Origin: Nostoc punctiforme PCC 73102
GTDB lineage: Bacteria; Cyanobacteriota; Cyanobacteriia; Cyanobacteriales; Nostocaceae
DNA length: 32,000 nucleotides
Direction of reading: 5' to 3'
Assembly: GCF_000020025.1 (NCBI RefSeq)
Contig: NC_010628.1
Coordinates: 7,890,001 to 7,922,000, forward strand
In this document: positions 1 to 8,932 of the stretch, piece after piece
How positions within the stretch are numbered: position 1 is the first letter of the stretch
Layout: every line of letters begins with the position of its first letter
Made by a program: the position numbers and the translations under genes
The notes under the pieces: model-generated
The model's input: only the letters and a program-made list of their open reading frames with translations
Database searches by the model: none
What the model was told of the DNA's origin: nothing

Positions 1-874
1 CTGCTTCTAGACCTAATGCATGGGTAAGCGCTGCTGCGGCGAGCGAAAGAATCAGCACAACCGACATACTAGCAGCGATTCCACCAACATAGTCATCAAC
101 CCAGCGCAAAATCTGGTCTACGATGGTACGCCCAATTGTGAAAGCGATCGCTAGAAATAATATAGCCGCACTCACGGAATGGAAAATTGTCCCAAGGTCA
201 AACTTGCCGCTACTAGCTAGACCTGAAACCACAGAAAGTAAAATCCAGCCGATAGTATCGTCAGTCATCCCAGCGGCTAAGGTAACTTGACCAATATCAC
301 GGCGAATCAGGTTTAAGTCCATCAGCACCTTAGCAATTACTGGTACTGCCGAAATACTCATTGCTGTGGCTATGAACAGACTGAATACTAGTCGCTTTTC
401 TGGGTCGGCTAAAAAATTATCTGGCAATAGCCAACCTAATCCAAAGCCGGTGATAAACGGGATAATGATTCCGCCTAGTGAAATCAGCAGAGCTGTTTTA
501 CCCTTACGAAGAATCAGCTTGAGATCCGTCTCCAACCCAGTCACAATCAGCAAAAATAACACGCCTAGCCAAGAAATCACCGAAAGTAAATTAGATTGTT
601 CTTGACTTTTAGGAAAGATGTGCGCCTGTAAGTCTGGAAGGAGCAAACCAAATAGAGAAGGGCCAAGCAGCACACCTGCCAGTAATTCCCCAACAACAGG
701 CGGTAGGTTAATCCGGCGCATCAACTCACCTAATCCCCGCGCTACCAGAAGCAACAATGACAGTTGCACCAGCACCAACAGCAGCTCATGATGACCGAGA
801 GGTTTAATTAAACCGTCACCTGCTGCTTTCTGTGCAGCGAGTACAGGGACTAACATCAGGGACAGGTTTTGCAT
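1..874 (-). CDS. Cation:proton antiporter (CPA2, Kef/NapA-like), N-terminal ~291 aa; the C-terminus lies beyond the window start
   Basis: Absent from the ORF track because it runs off the window edge. My translation from the ATG (complement of 872-874) reads MQNLSLMLVPVLAAQKAAGDGLIKPLGHHELLLVLVQLSLLLLVARGLGELMRRINLPPVVGELLAGVLLGPSLFG... It continues as successive hydrophobic helices. GELLAGVLLGPS is typical of the Na+/H+ exchanger family. Confidence 0.75.
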   Translation of the reverse strand, partial: MQNLSLMLVPVLAAQKAAGDGLIKPLGHHELLLVLVQLSLLLLVARGLGELMRRINLPPVVGELLAGVLLGPSLFGLLLPDLQAHIFPKSQEQSNLLSVISWLGVLFLLIVTGLETDLKLILRKGKTALLISLGGIIIPFITGFGLGWLLPDNFLADPEKRLVFSLFIATAMSISAVPVIAKVLMDLNLIRRDIGQVTLAAGMTDDTIGWILLSVVSGLASSGKFDLGTIFHSVSAAILFLAIAFTIGRTIVDQILRWVDDYVGGIAASMSVVLILSLAAAALTHALGLEA

Positions 875-1038
875 ATAAAGGTTGGATTACAAATTTTTCA
901 AGGGGCTGTTCAAGTAAATCCTGAAAATGTTTACTTCCACATCGGTCTAGAAGCTTAAAATGTCATTGTCATTATTAACCGCAAGATTATTATGCGCGAT
1001 CGCTCCAAGCTGTAAGTTCAGCTGCAAAGCTCATCAAC

Positions 1039-1856
1039 TTATTTTCGAGCGCGAACAAATAACTTTGTAGTGTCTTCCCAAATACCTTGCTCGGTTGCTA
1101 GTTTCTCAATTTCTGCTTTGTACTCAACTTGCAACTGATTTAATTGTTCTTGTGATAATTTTGACAACAGGGGATTACCTTTAAAATTTATATTAATTGC
1201 TATCTCAGATAATCTGTTATCCCTAAGAGGGCGATAACGTCCTGATGGTTCAATCTTAATTTCTATATCTCTAAAACCTGCCTGATTAAGCAAATTTCGA
1301 CATTTTTCTGGAGTTCCCAGTGGTTCAAGTATATGTGGTAGCGATACGCCTAAAACTCTAGCGCAGATCCTCTGCTGAAGAGAGGCCATAAAAGCAGTTT
1401 CGGGAGGACAGGTGAATGCCACAAAGCCTCCGGGTTTCAAGAAGCGATACCACTTTTTCAAAATAGCAAGTATATCAGGAACAAGTACAATTGCCTCACA
1501 GCAAAAGACAACATCAAAACTACTCTCACTAAAGTTGAAATATTCTACATCCGCCTCAATCAACTCGATATTTTGTAATTTTGCCGCTGCAATTTTAATT
1601 CTTGCTTGATGCAACATTCCAGGGGTCATGTCAATCCCAATTACATAGCCCTCTGAACCAACTTTTTCAGCTGCGGGTATCGCAACTAAACCTGTTCCAG
1701 TTGCCACATCAAGAATTTTTGTCCCGAATGTAGTGGAACAAATTCAAGTAAAATCTTGGCTTCTAGAGGATGACGAGTACCTTCTTCATGGTCATAAGTC
1801 GTTCTATTACCATAGAATTCTTTTAGTTGCTGCTTATAGCTATCTAGATCAGTCAT
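1039..1856 (-). pseudogene. Class I SAM-dependent methyltransferase interrupted by a 1-nt frameshift (or a sequencing error) in a T5/A5 run at 1716-1720
   Basis: An N-terminal 49-codon frame starts at the ATG (complement of 1854-1856): MTDLDSYKQQLKEFYGNRTTYDHEEGTRHPLEAKILLEFVPLHSGQK. It then reads FLMWQLEQV and hits a stop at 1686-1688. The track ORF 1039-1707 continues in another frame with (K)ILDVATGTGLVAI, the SAM-binding motif I, and has no ATG of its own. One extra A would join the two frames. Confidence 0.7.
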
Positions 1857-1862
1857 AACCAA

Positions 1863-2693
1863 ATGCTAAATTTTCTCCACTTTATAGTAACTTTTGTTGT
1901 GATATTAAGTTGCTCGCTGCTGAACCCAACCCTGACAGCACAAGCCGCTACTGGTGCGATGTCTACGATAGTCACTGAGCCTGTCCTGAGCGTAGCCGTT
2001 GGCGCAGCCTCTCGTAGAGAAGGGCGCAGCCGAAGTGCGGGCTACGCCTACGCTGTTTACGAACAACGGATAATCCACAGTCCAGATGGTATCGGCAAAT
2101 ATTACATGGGGCGCGAAATCGCCAAAGTTATGGGATACACTGGCGCTGGCTGGCTAGAACGTCCAAGCCGAGAGGGAGAGGAACAGCCAAGTAAGGTAGT
2201 CAGCCTCCTCAATCTGAAACCTAATGATGTGGTGGCGGATATTGGCGCTGGTACAGGTTACTTAAGCTTTCGCATCGCGCCGTTATTAACAGCAGGTAAA
2301 GTGTTGGCTGTAGATGTTCAGCCAGAAATGTTGGAAATAATTGAGTTGTTCAAAAAAGAGAAAAATATCACCAATGTTGAGCCTGTTTTGGCAACCCTTA
2401 GTGACCCCAACTTACCATCTGAAAGTATCAATTTGGCGTTGATGGTGGATGCTTACCATGAACTTGAGTATCCCCAAGAAGTGATGCAAGGAATTGTCAA
2501 AGCACTTAAACCAGGTGGTAGGGTGGTGCTGGTTGAGTACCGGGGTGAAAATCCCTTTATTATGATTAAAGGTCTGCACAAGATGACTCAAAAGCAAGTG
2601 CGTAAAGAAATGCAAGCTGTTGGTTTGGTTTGGCGGGAAACTAAAAACTTATTACCTCAACAGCATTTAATGGTCTTTGAAAAGTCGGCTTAA
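1863..2693 (+). CDS. Class I SAM-dependent methyltransferase with an N-terminal signal peptide or membrane anchor
   Basis: 276-aa ORF. SAM motif I is VADIGAGTGYLSF and the post-I region is KVLAVDV. The N-terminus MLNFLHFIVTFVVILSCSLLNPTLTAQAATG is hydrophobic. The gene is divergent from the frameshifted methyltransferase. Confidence 0.8.
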   Translation: MLNFLHFIVTFVVILSCSLLNPTLTAQAATGAMSTIVTEPVLSVAVGAASRREGRSRSAGYAYAVYEQRIIHSPDGIGKYYMGREIAKVMGYTGAGWLERPSREGEEQPSKVVSLLNLKPNDVVADIGAGTGYLSFRIAPLLTAGKVLAVDVQPEMLEIIELFKKEKNITNVEPVLATLSDPNLPSESINLALMVDAYHELEYPQEVMQGIVKALKPGGRVVLVEYRGENPFIMIKGLHKMTQKQVRKEMQAVGLVWRETKNLLPQQHLMVFEKSA

Positions 2694-2987
2694 TTAAGCT
2701 TTTTGGGGAATGAGGCTGGCGCTTTTGGTTGTACTATCCCAAACTATCCAGCTAAAAGAATTATCTAAATCATCGGAGCTGTTTGAAACTTTAAAATATA
2801 GCTTTTCTTCGCCTTTTCTTTCAATGGCAAAGTCAGCATTTTGAGCATAAGCGACTATAAAACCTTTGTCTCGCAAACAATACATCGCCCAGGCTTTCAA
2901 TGATTGCTTATATGGTTCGTGTGGAATTGGCGGTTTTGTAATAGTATCTTCGATTACTTTAAAGATTTGCGTGAGATTTGCAGCCAT
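2694..2987 (-). CDS. Hypothetical protein (~97 aa from the internal Met MAANLTQIF...)
   Basis: The track ORF 2694-3047 would overlap the upstream VOC gene. The ATG at 2987 leaves a 28-nt gap after the VOC stop, which is consistent with a two-gene unit. I recognise no family. Confidence 0.45.
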   Translation of the reverse strand: MAANLTQIFKVIEDTITKPPIPHEPYKQSLKAWAMYCLRDKGFIVAYAQNADFAIERKGEEKLYFKVSNSSDDLDNSFSWIVWDSTTKSASLIPQKA

Positions 2988-3015
2988 AGTAGATACTTTT
3001 GTTTTTACCCCTAAA

Positions 3016-3483
3016 TTAACTAGCTTCTGGATCGCAACGAATTTCAATCATAAAGCCATCTGGATCGTAAAAATACACACCTCTACCAGTAGGACGAGTG
3101 ACTGGGCCATGTGCGATCGCTATTTTATTTTCTCCGATCACTGTCACTGCGCGATCGAATAACTGCGGATCGATGTCAAAAGCCAAATGGTAGGCTCTGG
3201 TGAATGTCTTCTCTGGATTGGGATCTGGTGGTGATAATTCTGGTTCCCCAAATAAATCCAGTATTGTCCCATCCGGGGTAATAAAGTTCGCTACTTTCCC
3301 TGATGCGACAAGTTCCGTCAGAGTTGCGGGTACTTCGTCGTCGGTGAGTTCGTGTAAACCCAAGATTGTGCCATAAAAGTAACGGGAAGCTTGCATATCC
3401 TGGACATTTAGTGCAATGTGATGCACTTTACGCAAATTTCCTGGCGCAAGGACACTGTTCACAGATTGGGTGCTAGATAGCAT
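3016..3483 (-). CDS. VOC family protein (glyoxalase / bleomycin-resistance / dioxygenase fold)
   Basis: 155-aa ORF. Motifs HHIALNVQDMQASRYFYGTILGL, YHLAFDID and GRGVYFYDPDGFMIEI are characteristic of paired beta-alpha-beta-beta-beta VOC modules. Confidence 0.8.
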   Translation of the reverse strand: MLSSTQSVNSVLAPGNLRKVHHIALNVQDMQASRYFYGTILGLHELTDDEVPATLTELVASGKVANFITPDGTILDLFGEPELSPPDPNPEKTFTRAYHLAFDIDPQLFDRAVTVIGENKIAIAHGPVTRPTGRGVYFYDPDGFMIEIRCDPEAS

Positions 3484-3560
3484 AGTAGAAGAAAGTCTCC
3501 TTACTAGGATAGAAGCTGAACTTTTTACTTAAAGTTTACTATTCCTAATAAAAATCTATC

Positions 3561-4043
3561 ATGCCATTTGATTATTCTTTAGACTTTAAAAATATCGATT
3601 TTCGCCAACATCCTGAATTATATCGCGTTGGCAAGGGTGAACAGGGCGTACTTTTGGTGGAACCATACAAATCAGAAATTCTTCCCTACTGGCGGTTCAA
3701 AACTCCTGAGATTGCTAGAGAATCAAGTGAAAAAATCTACGAAATGTTTCTTGTTTATCTAAAACAAGATGATTTTATCGGCGCGGATATGGCACGAAAG
3801 TTTATCCAAATGGGTTATACTCGCTCTCGCCGTTATGCTAATCATAAAACAGGCAGAAAATATAAACAAAATTCGGAAACTTCAGGTTCTAAAAAAGAGA
3901 TTCTTCCTTACGAAGAAGACCCTGTTAAAGCCGAGTCAGCAGCAATTTTTAAAGCCAAGTGGATACAAGCAAAGACAAATGAGAAATATCAAGAGCTTTT
4001 AGCCAGGCATAAACAGATGTATGAAAGCATCTCACCTTTGTAA
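3561..4043 (+). CDS. Conserved hypothetical protein, DUF4385-like
   Basis: 160-aa ORF with no competing ORF. The N-terminal YRVGKGEQGVLLVEPYKSEILPYWRFKTPE matches my memory of DUF4385. The family name is from recollection only. Confidence 0.55.
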   Translation: MPFDYSLDFKNIDFRQHPELYRVGKGEQGVLLVEPYKSEILPYWRFKTPEIARESSEKIYEMFLVYLKQDDFIGADMARKFIQMGYTRSRRYANHKTGRKYKQNSETSGSKKEILPYEEDPVKAESAAIFKAKWIQAKTNEKYQELLARHKQMYESISPL

Positions 4044-4705
4044 ATCAATATACCTAATGATTAGAAATCGCGCTTCATCTTGCATATAAACGAAGTCCAC
4101 CCATACGTTATTGCTTTTCCTCTAACTTTGAGAACGCTCACAAAGCTAAAGAGGGAAGGGGAACTTGACTTGGAGAATCGAGCGTGTCTTTAGACCTGAG
4201 AGTGTCAATCTGATTACTACCTTGTTCTATGAGCAGCTATACAAACGTCAACAAAGCCTTGCCGCAGGGTAGTCTCAGGAAAATGGAGGGTTTGCAACCC
4301 ACCCAGGTGGGTAAAACCTAGTGTAGCTAAGGTTTCTAACTACCCTTTTAATGCTAAAATACTTAATGTAAGGTAATATGTTACATAAGTTTTACTAGAT
4401 GTCTCTACATACTGTAAGCTTGGTATTCTGGAAAAACAGTGCTTAATTCGACTGTCAACACTATTGAGCAAAAGTTGTAATAATATTTAACATGTGTCTA
4501 GGTTGTGTAATTTAGATTAACTATTGCAGAGAAATTCTCTCAGAGTTAGTAAAATGACAAATACAACGACGCAACTCTTTTATGGATTAGTTACTCTAGA
4601 ACTGTAGACTATGTTTTCAGTCCTGAGTTATTTCCGTATTTTGCCTCTGAGGCATACCAATCAAGACCACACCAAATCCTTCATTAAGAGCTCCCACAAA
4701 TCATA

Positions 4706-5239
4706 ATGCCTGTGATTGAGAAGAAAAGAACTCGCGATCTGCCCCAAATTAACGAACGAATTCGCTTCCCGAAAATTCGGGTCATTGATACTGACGGTGC
4801 CCAATTGGGAATTATGCCCCCACAGGAAGCACTACAACTAGCAGAAGAGAAAGAGTTAGATTTGGTGCTTATAAGTGACAAAGCTGACCCGCCAGTTTGT
4901 CGGATTATGGACTACGGGAAATATAAGTTTGAGCAGGAGAAAAAGGCGCGGGAAGCCCGGAAAAAGCAGCACACGGCTGATGTCAAAGAAGTTAAGATGC
5001 GCTACAAAATAGAAGAACACGACTACAACGTGCGTGTTAAGCAAGCAGAGCGCTTTTTGAAAGATGGCGATAAAGTCAAAGCGACTGTGATGTTCCGGGG
5101 TCGAGAAATTCAACACAGCGACCTAGCAGAAGATTTGCTCAAGCGAATGGCAACGGATTTGGAGCCTTTTGGTGAGCTTCAACAAGCGCCTAAAAAAGAA
5201 GGGCGAAATATGATGATGCTTATCTCGCCCAAAAAATAA
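4706..5239 (+). CDS. infC: Translation initiation factor IF-3
   Basis: 177 aa. [23 protein letters not shown]..., [29 protein letters not shown] and [14 protein letters not shown] are hallmark IF-3 N- and C-domain sequences. Confidence 0.95.
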   Translation: MPVIEKKRTRDLPQINERIRFPKIRVIDTDGAQLGIMPPQEALQLAEEKELDLVLISDKADPPVCRIMDYGKYKFEQEKKAREARKKQHTADVKEVKMRYKIEEHDYNVRVKQAERFLKDGDKVKATVMFRGREIQHSDLAEDLLKRMATDLEPFGELQQAPKKEGRNMMMLISPKK

Positions 5240-5268
5240 TCCTCTAACTGTTTAATAGACCAAGTTTG

Positions 5269-5300
5269 AAAAACCCCTGGTTAGAAGTCAGGGGTTTTTT
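5269..5300 (+). terminator. Rho-independent terminator of infC
   Basis: The stem AAAACCCCTG (5270-5279) pairs with CAGGGGTTTT (5289-5298) around a 9-nt loop and runs into a T tract. It lies 30 nt after the infC stop. Confidence 0.8.
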
Positions 5301-5427
5301 CGTTTGGATGCAAGATATGCCCAAAGGTTTGAAGTCGTTTAAATTTATCTCAAATCGATAGTCTTGAAGGCTGAGTGGGAAACATAATACTCAGTTGCTC
5401 AGGACTTTTGCTATTTCCAGGGGATGA

Positions 5428-5469
5428 GGGAATGGGGAATTGGGAATGGGGCATTGGGCATTGGGCATT
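5428..5469. repeat. STRR-type heptamer tract: six tandem copies of GGGAATG/GGGCATT
   Basis: Read directly: gggaatg gggaatt gggaatg gggcatt gggcatt gggcatt. A C-rich counterpart follows at 5506-5550. Confidence 0.85.
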
Positions 5470-5585
5470 GAACATGAAGAAGAGACAAGGACTTGTTCAA
5501 TAATTCCCCCTTGTCCCCCTTGTCTTCTTGCCTCCCCTGCTCCCTGCCCCTATTGGGCGGTGATACTACCAGAAAATAAAACTGC

Positions 5586-8500
5586 ATGGAACTGAAAAAT
5601 CACTGGTTTGCTGTAAATAAAGTTGTTTTACCACGACTACTACAGTGGGTGAATCTCCGGCCAGAGGAGAGTGAACGAACTCAGCTAATGTTTATTTTTT
5701 ACACAACTGTATGTGTAGGATTGCGGTGGGCAGAAGACAGTACGGTGGCGCTGTTTTTGGATGAATATGGGACTCATCTATTGCCGTGGATGTATATTGC
5801 CAGCGCTGTTATGAGCGCAGCACTGGTTTTTTTATACTCTTGGCTGCAAAGGATTTTTCCCTTACGCCGGGTGATTGTAGCGATCGCACCTTGCATGTTG
5901 ATGCCATTACTTCTATTAGTTTTATTACGTTGGGGATCTCATGTTTCTTACCTGGTAGTTATTTCGGCCTTTCTGCTGCGGCTATGGGTAGATGCCCTTT
6001 ATGTAGTTAACGATCTCAACACCTCCATCGTCGCTAACCAAATATTTAACATTCGAGAGATTAAACGGACTTACCCACTTGTGAGTAGTGGGCTTTTGGT
6101 AGCAGATGTGATTAGTGGCTTTAGTTTGCCTTGGCTAGTGCAATACACCTCACTGAATAAGATCATCTTCATTGCCTGTGTAGTGATTTTATTAGGATCG
6201 GCGATTTTATTCTATTTAACTAATCACTATCGAGCGGCTTTTCCTGAAACCCCACAAAGACTAATTCCTGAAGAACAAGCTTCACGAGAGCGCTTTATTA
6301 AAAGTCCGCTGAAGCGCTATGTTTGGCAATTATTTGCTTTTGTCGGTCTGTTGCAAGTTATTGGGTTATTAATAGATTTTCAATATCTGCGCGAACTCAA
6401 ATCCAATATGAGCGACCGAGAACTCGCCAGTTTCTTGGGTCTTTTTGGTGGCATGTTGGGACTGTGTGAATTGTTATTGCAGTGGTTTATTTCCAGCCGA
6501 CTCATTGAACGGATGGGGGTATTTTTCACAGCGACACTTTTACCAATCACCGTAGGCTTTTCACTACCAGGAGTGCTGGTATTTTTGCATTTAATTCCAG
6601 GCATACAATCGCAAAGCTTTTTCTGGGGTCTGATAATTGTCAAATTTTGCGATGAACTTCTGCGCTATACCTTTGTCATGAGTAGCGGCCCCATCCTGTA
6701 CCAACCGATTCCTGAGTCAATTCGCAGCCGGATGCAGACTTTATCTGGCGGAACAGCCGAAGCGATCGCTACAGGTTTGACAGGAGCGCTAATTTTTGCA
6801 ACTCTATTGTTTTGTAACCGCTTTGTACCCGTATCCCTGCAAAAGTGGGTGTTGGTGGCAGAAACAATGCTGATAGCTAGCACCTGTTTAAAAGTAGTTT
6901 GGGAATTGCGATCGCGTTACGTTGAACTGTTAGTCTTGAGTGTGGCACGGGGCCAGTTGAGTGCAAGCAATGTCGGCTTACGATTCTTCAAGCAAGGTGT
7001 AGTCAAAGCCTTGGGAGAAAAAGGCAGCGAGGCAGATAAACGCTCTTGTATTGAACTTTTAGCCCAAATTGACTCTCAAGGAGCTGCGGAAGTTTTAGCA
7101 CCCCTGTTAGTTAAATTAACCCCAGATTTGCAGCGCCAAAGTTTGGAAGTGATGCTGACAGCTGGTGCAAATCCCGCTTATCTATCCGCCATTCGTCCTT
7201 TGTTAGAACAACCCCAAGAAACTAACCCCGAAGTTTTCGCCCTAGCACTACGTTACGTTTGGCTAGCTGAACCAAATCCCAATTTAAGCATTCTAGAAGA
7301 ATATCTTAACCCCCGGCAAAACTCACTCATCCGCGCTACCGCCGCCGCTTTAGTCTTACGTCAGGGAACGCCCATGCAAAAGGTAGCAGCTACCCAAACT
7401 ATGCGCCGGATGTTGACTCATAAGAAAGAACGGGAACGGGTGAATGGAGTTAGAGCGCTTAGAGAAGCAGTTTATTTACAAGCGTTGCGGATTCACATCC
7501 CAAATTTATTACAAGATGAATCGTTACGGGTGCGCTGTGCTGTATTGGAAATGATTGCAGCAACCCATTTAGAGGAATACTATTCGGCGCTGATTGCAGC
7601 ACTTTATTACAAATCAACCCGCACTATAGCAATGTCATCCCTAGTGCGACTAGAAAATGAAGCGATAGAGATGCTGTTGCGGTTAGCTAACAATATTTAC
7701 AAACCAGAAGTAGTGCGGATGTACGCTTGGCGTACCATTGCTCAAATTGGCACTCAGGAAGCATTAGAGACCTTATGGGAAAACTTGGAGGCATCCTGGG
7801 GTATAACTAGGGATCATATTCTTCGGAGCTTACTAAAAATACATAAACAACCAGGAATTAGAGGTTTAGTAGATCGGTTTTATGAAAGTCGGGTAGAAAA
7901 TTTAATTGAGCAGGAATTAAAGTTTTTAGGTGAGATTTATGGTGCATATATAGACTTGAAAATATTAGATGAAAAAGAAAATCATCAATCAAGCCAGAGG
8001 ATTGTGATTGTCTCTGAGTTACTCCAACGCGCCCTTTTAGAATTGGAATTGGATGTGAAAGAGCGGCTGCTACTGTTGCTCAGACTGCTTTACTCACCAG
8101 AAAAGATGCAGGCAGCAGCATTTAATCTGCGATCGCTCTCAGTGGTAAACTTAGCACGGGGTTTAGAAATCTTAGAGCATACCGTAACTTTGCCTTGCAA
8201 GTCTCTGTTACTGAATATTTTAGATAACCGACCGCAATCAGAAAAATTGCAACATCTTGTAGAAGCCAAGATCGTAGAATATGAGAATATGCTAGTTAGC
8301 GATCGCCTCCACAGATTGCTGATGTTAGGTAACTTCCTTTCTGATTGGTGTCTAGCTTGTTGTTTCCATTTTGCTCAAGTGGCTCGGATTAAACTTACCA
8401 GTTCTGAGATTTTAGTAAGTTTGCGTCATCCAACAGGCTTTGTTAGAGAAGCTGCGATCGCATATCTAAATATGGTTTCACATCGCGTTCTCCTGCAAAT

Positions 8501-8591
8501 CTTACCCCAGTTACAAAAAGATCCACATCCTTTGGTAGCTGCTCAAGTTAAAGAGTTACTCGAAAAATACCAATTCAAAAATTACAATTGA
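5586..8591 (+). CDS. Polytopic membrane transporter-like domain (MFS or ATP:ADP-antiporter-like, ~450 aa) fused to a C-terminal HEAT/ARM-like repeat domain (~550 aa)
   Basis: 1001-aa ORF. About 11-12 hydrophobic helices span residues 30-450. They are followed by a helical repeat region rich in LxxL, such as AAEVLAPLLVKL, ALVLRQG, VRCAVLEMIA and VREAAIAYL. Confidence 0.7.
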   Translation: MELKNHWFAVNKVVLPRLLQWVNLRPEESERTQLMFIFYTTVCVGLRWAEDSTVALFLDEYGTHLLPWMYIASAVMSAALVFLYSWLQRIFPLRRVIVAIAPCMLMPLLLLVLLRWGSHVSYLVVISAFLLRLWVDALYVVNDLNTSIVANQIFNIREIKRTYPLVSSGLLVADVISGFSLPWLVQYTSLNKIIFIACVVILLGSAILFYLTNHYRAAFPETPQRLIPEEQASRERFIKSPLKRYVWQLFAFVGLLQVIGLLIDFQYLRELKSNMSDRELASFLGLFGGMLGLCELLLQWFISSRLIERMGVFFTATLLPITVGFSLPGVLVFLHLIPGIQSQSFFWGLIIVKFCDELLRYTFVMSSGPILYQPIPESIRSRMQTLSGGTAEAIATGLTGALIFATLLFCNRFVPVSLQKWVLVAETMLIASTCLKVVWELRSRYVELLVLSVARGQLSASNVGLRFFKQGVVKALGEKGSEADKRSCIELLAQIDSQGAAEVLAPLLVKLTPDLQRQSLEVMLTAGANPAYLSAIRPLLEQPQETNPEVFALALRYVWLAEPNPNLSILEEYLNPRQNSLIRATAAALVLRQGTPMQKVAATQTMRRMLTHKKERERVNGVRALREAVYLQALRIHIPNLLQDESLRVRCAVLEMIAATHLEEYYSALIAALYYKSTRTIAMSSLVRLENEAIEMLLRLANNIYKPEVVRMYAWRTIAQIGTQEALETLWENLEASWGITRDHILRSLLKIHKQPGIRGLVDRFYESRVENLIEQELKFLGEIYGAYIDLKILDEKENHQSSQRIVIVSELLQRALLELELDVKERLLLLLRLLYSPEKMQAAAFNLRSLSVVNLARGLEILEHTVTLPCKSLLLNILDNRPQSEKLQHLVEAKIVEYENMLVSDRLHRLLMLGNFLSDWCLACCFHFAQVARIKLTSSEILVSLRHPTGFVREAAIAYLNMVSHRVLLQILPQLQKDPHPLVAAQVKELLEKYQFKNYN

Positions 8592-8694
8592 TATTACTTG
8601 TACTGAAATAATACTGTTGTCTACATTGCTGGTAAGTAACTAAACCTCATCTATGTTGAAACCTAGAGTTTTTAAAAGATATAGATATATTTAT

Positions 8695-8774
8695 GTAGGT
8701 TGGGTGGAGTGAAACGCAACCCAACATTACCACCTTATTTATGTTGGGTTACGCGATCGCTGCACCCAACCTAC
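8695..8774. repeat. ~80-bp nested inverted-repeat (MITE-like) element
   Basis: The outer arms GTAGGTTGGGTG (8695-8706) and CACCCAACCTAC (8763-8774) are perfect complements. An inner pair, AACCCAACAT (8718-8727) and ATGTTGGGTT (8741-8750), is also perfect. The element carries a HIP1 site. Confidence 0.75.
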
Positions 8775-8932
8775 AAAACTTCTTTTCTATTGCCTGTTGC
8801 CTATTACCTCTTGCCTGCTGATCGCATTTGCACCAAACCAGACTGCCCTAACATTTGTTGGTCAGACTATAAACAAATCAATCATCAATAAAAGCTTTGC
8901 AGGTTCATCAATGCTTTTGGGAGGCAAACAAA

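Noticed and set aside
366-605. 79-aa plus-strand ORF in the track
   Set aside because: It lies entirely antisense within the much longer minus-strand antiporter reading frame (1-874), which has clear family motifs. I treat it as a shadow ORF.
2691-2696. Abutting convergent stop codons (TAATTA) of the methyltransferase and the 97-aa hypothetical gene
   Set aside because: It is a curiosity of tight packing. No hairpin or other signal suggests a function beyond shared 3' ends.
1412-4002. Track ORFs 1412-1609(+), 2412-2615(-), 2866-3162(+) and 3769-4002(+)
   Set aside because: Each is nested in or antisense to a longer ORF with recognisable domain motifs. Their products are low-complexity or lack motifs.
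4684-5116. Two minus-strand ORFs overlapping infC (4684-4881 and 4856-5116)
   Set aside because: They are antisense to an unambiguous IF-3 gene and have no independent signals.
5786-6883. Track ORFs 5786-6010(+), 6380-6643(-) and 6665-6883(-)
   Set aside because: They are embedded in the 1001-aa ORF, in alternative frames or on the opposite strand, with no supporting features.
8600-8614. NtcA-like binding site GTACTGAAATAATAC
   Set aside because: The spacing is GTA-N9-TAC, not the canonical GTA-N8-TAC. I could not pair it with a properly spaced -10 box.
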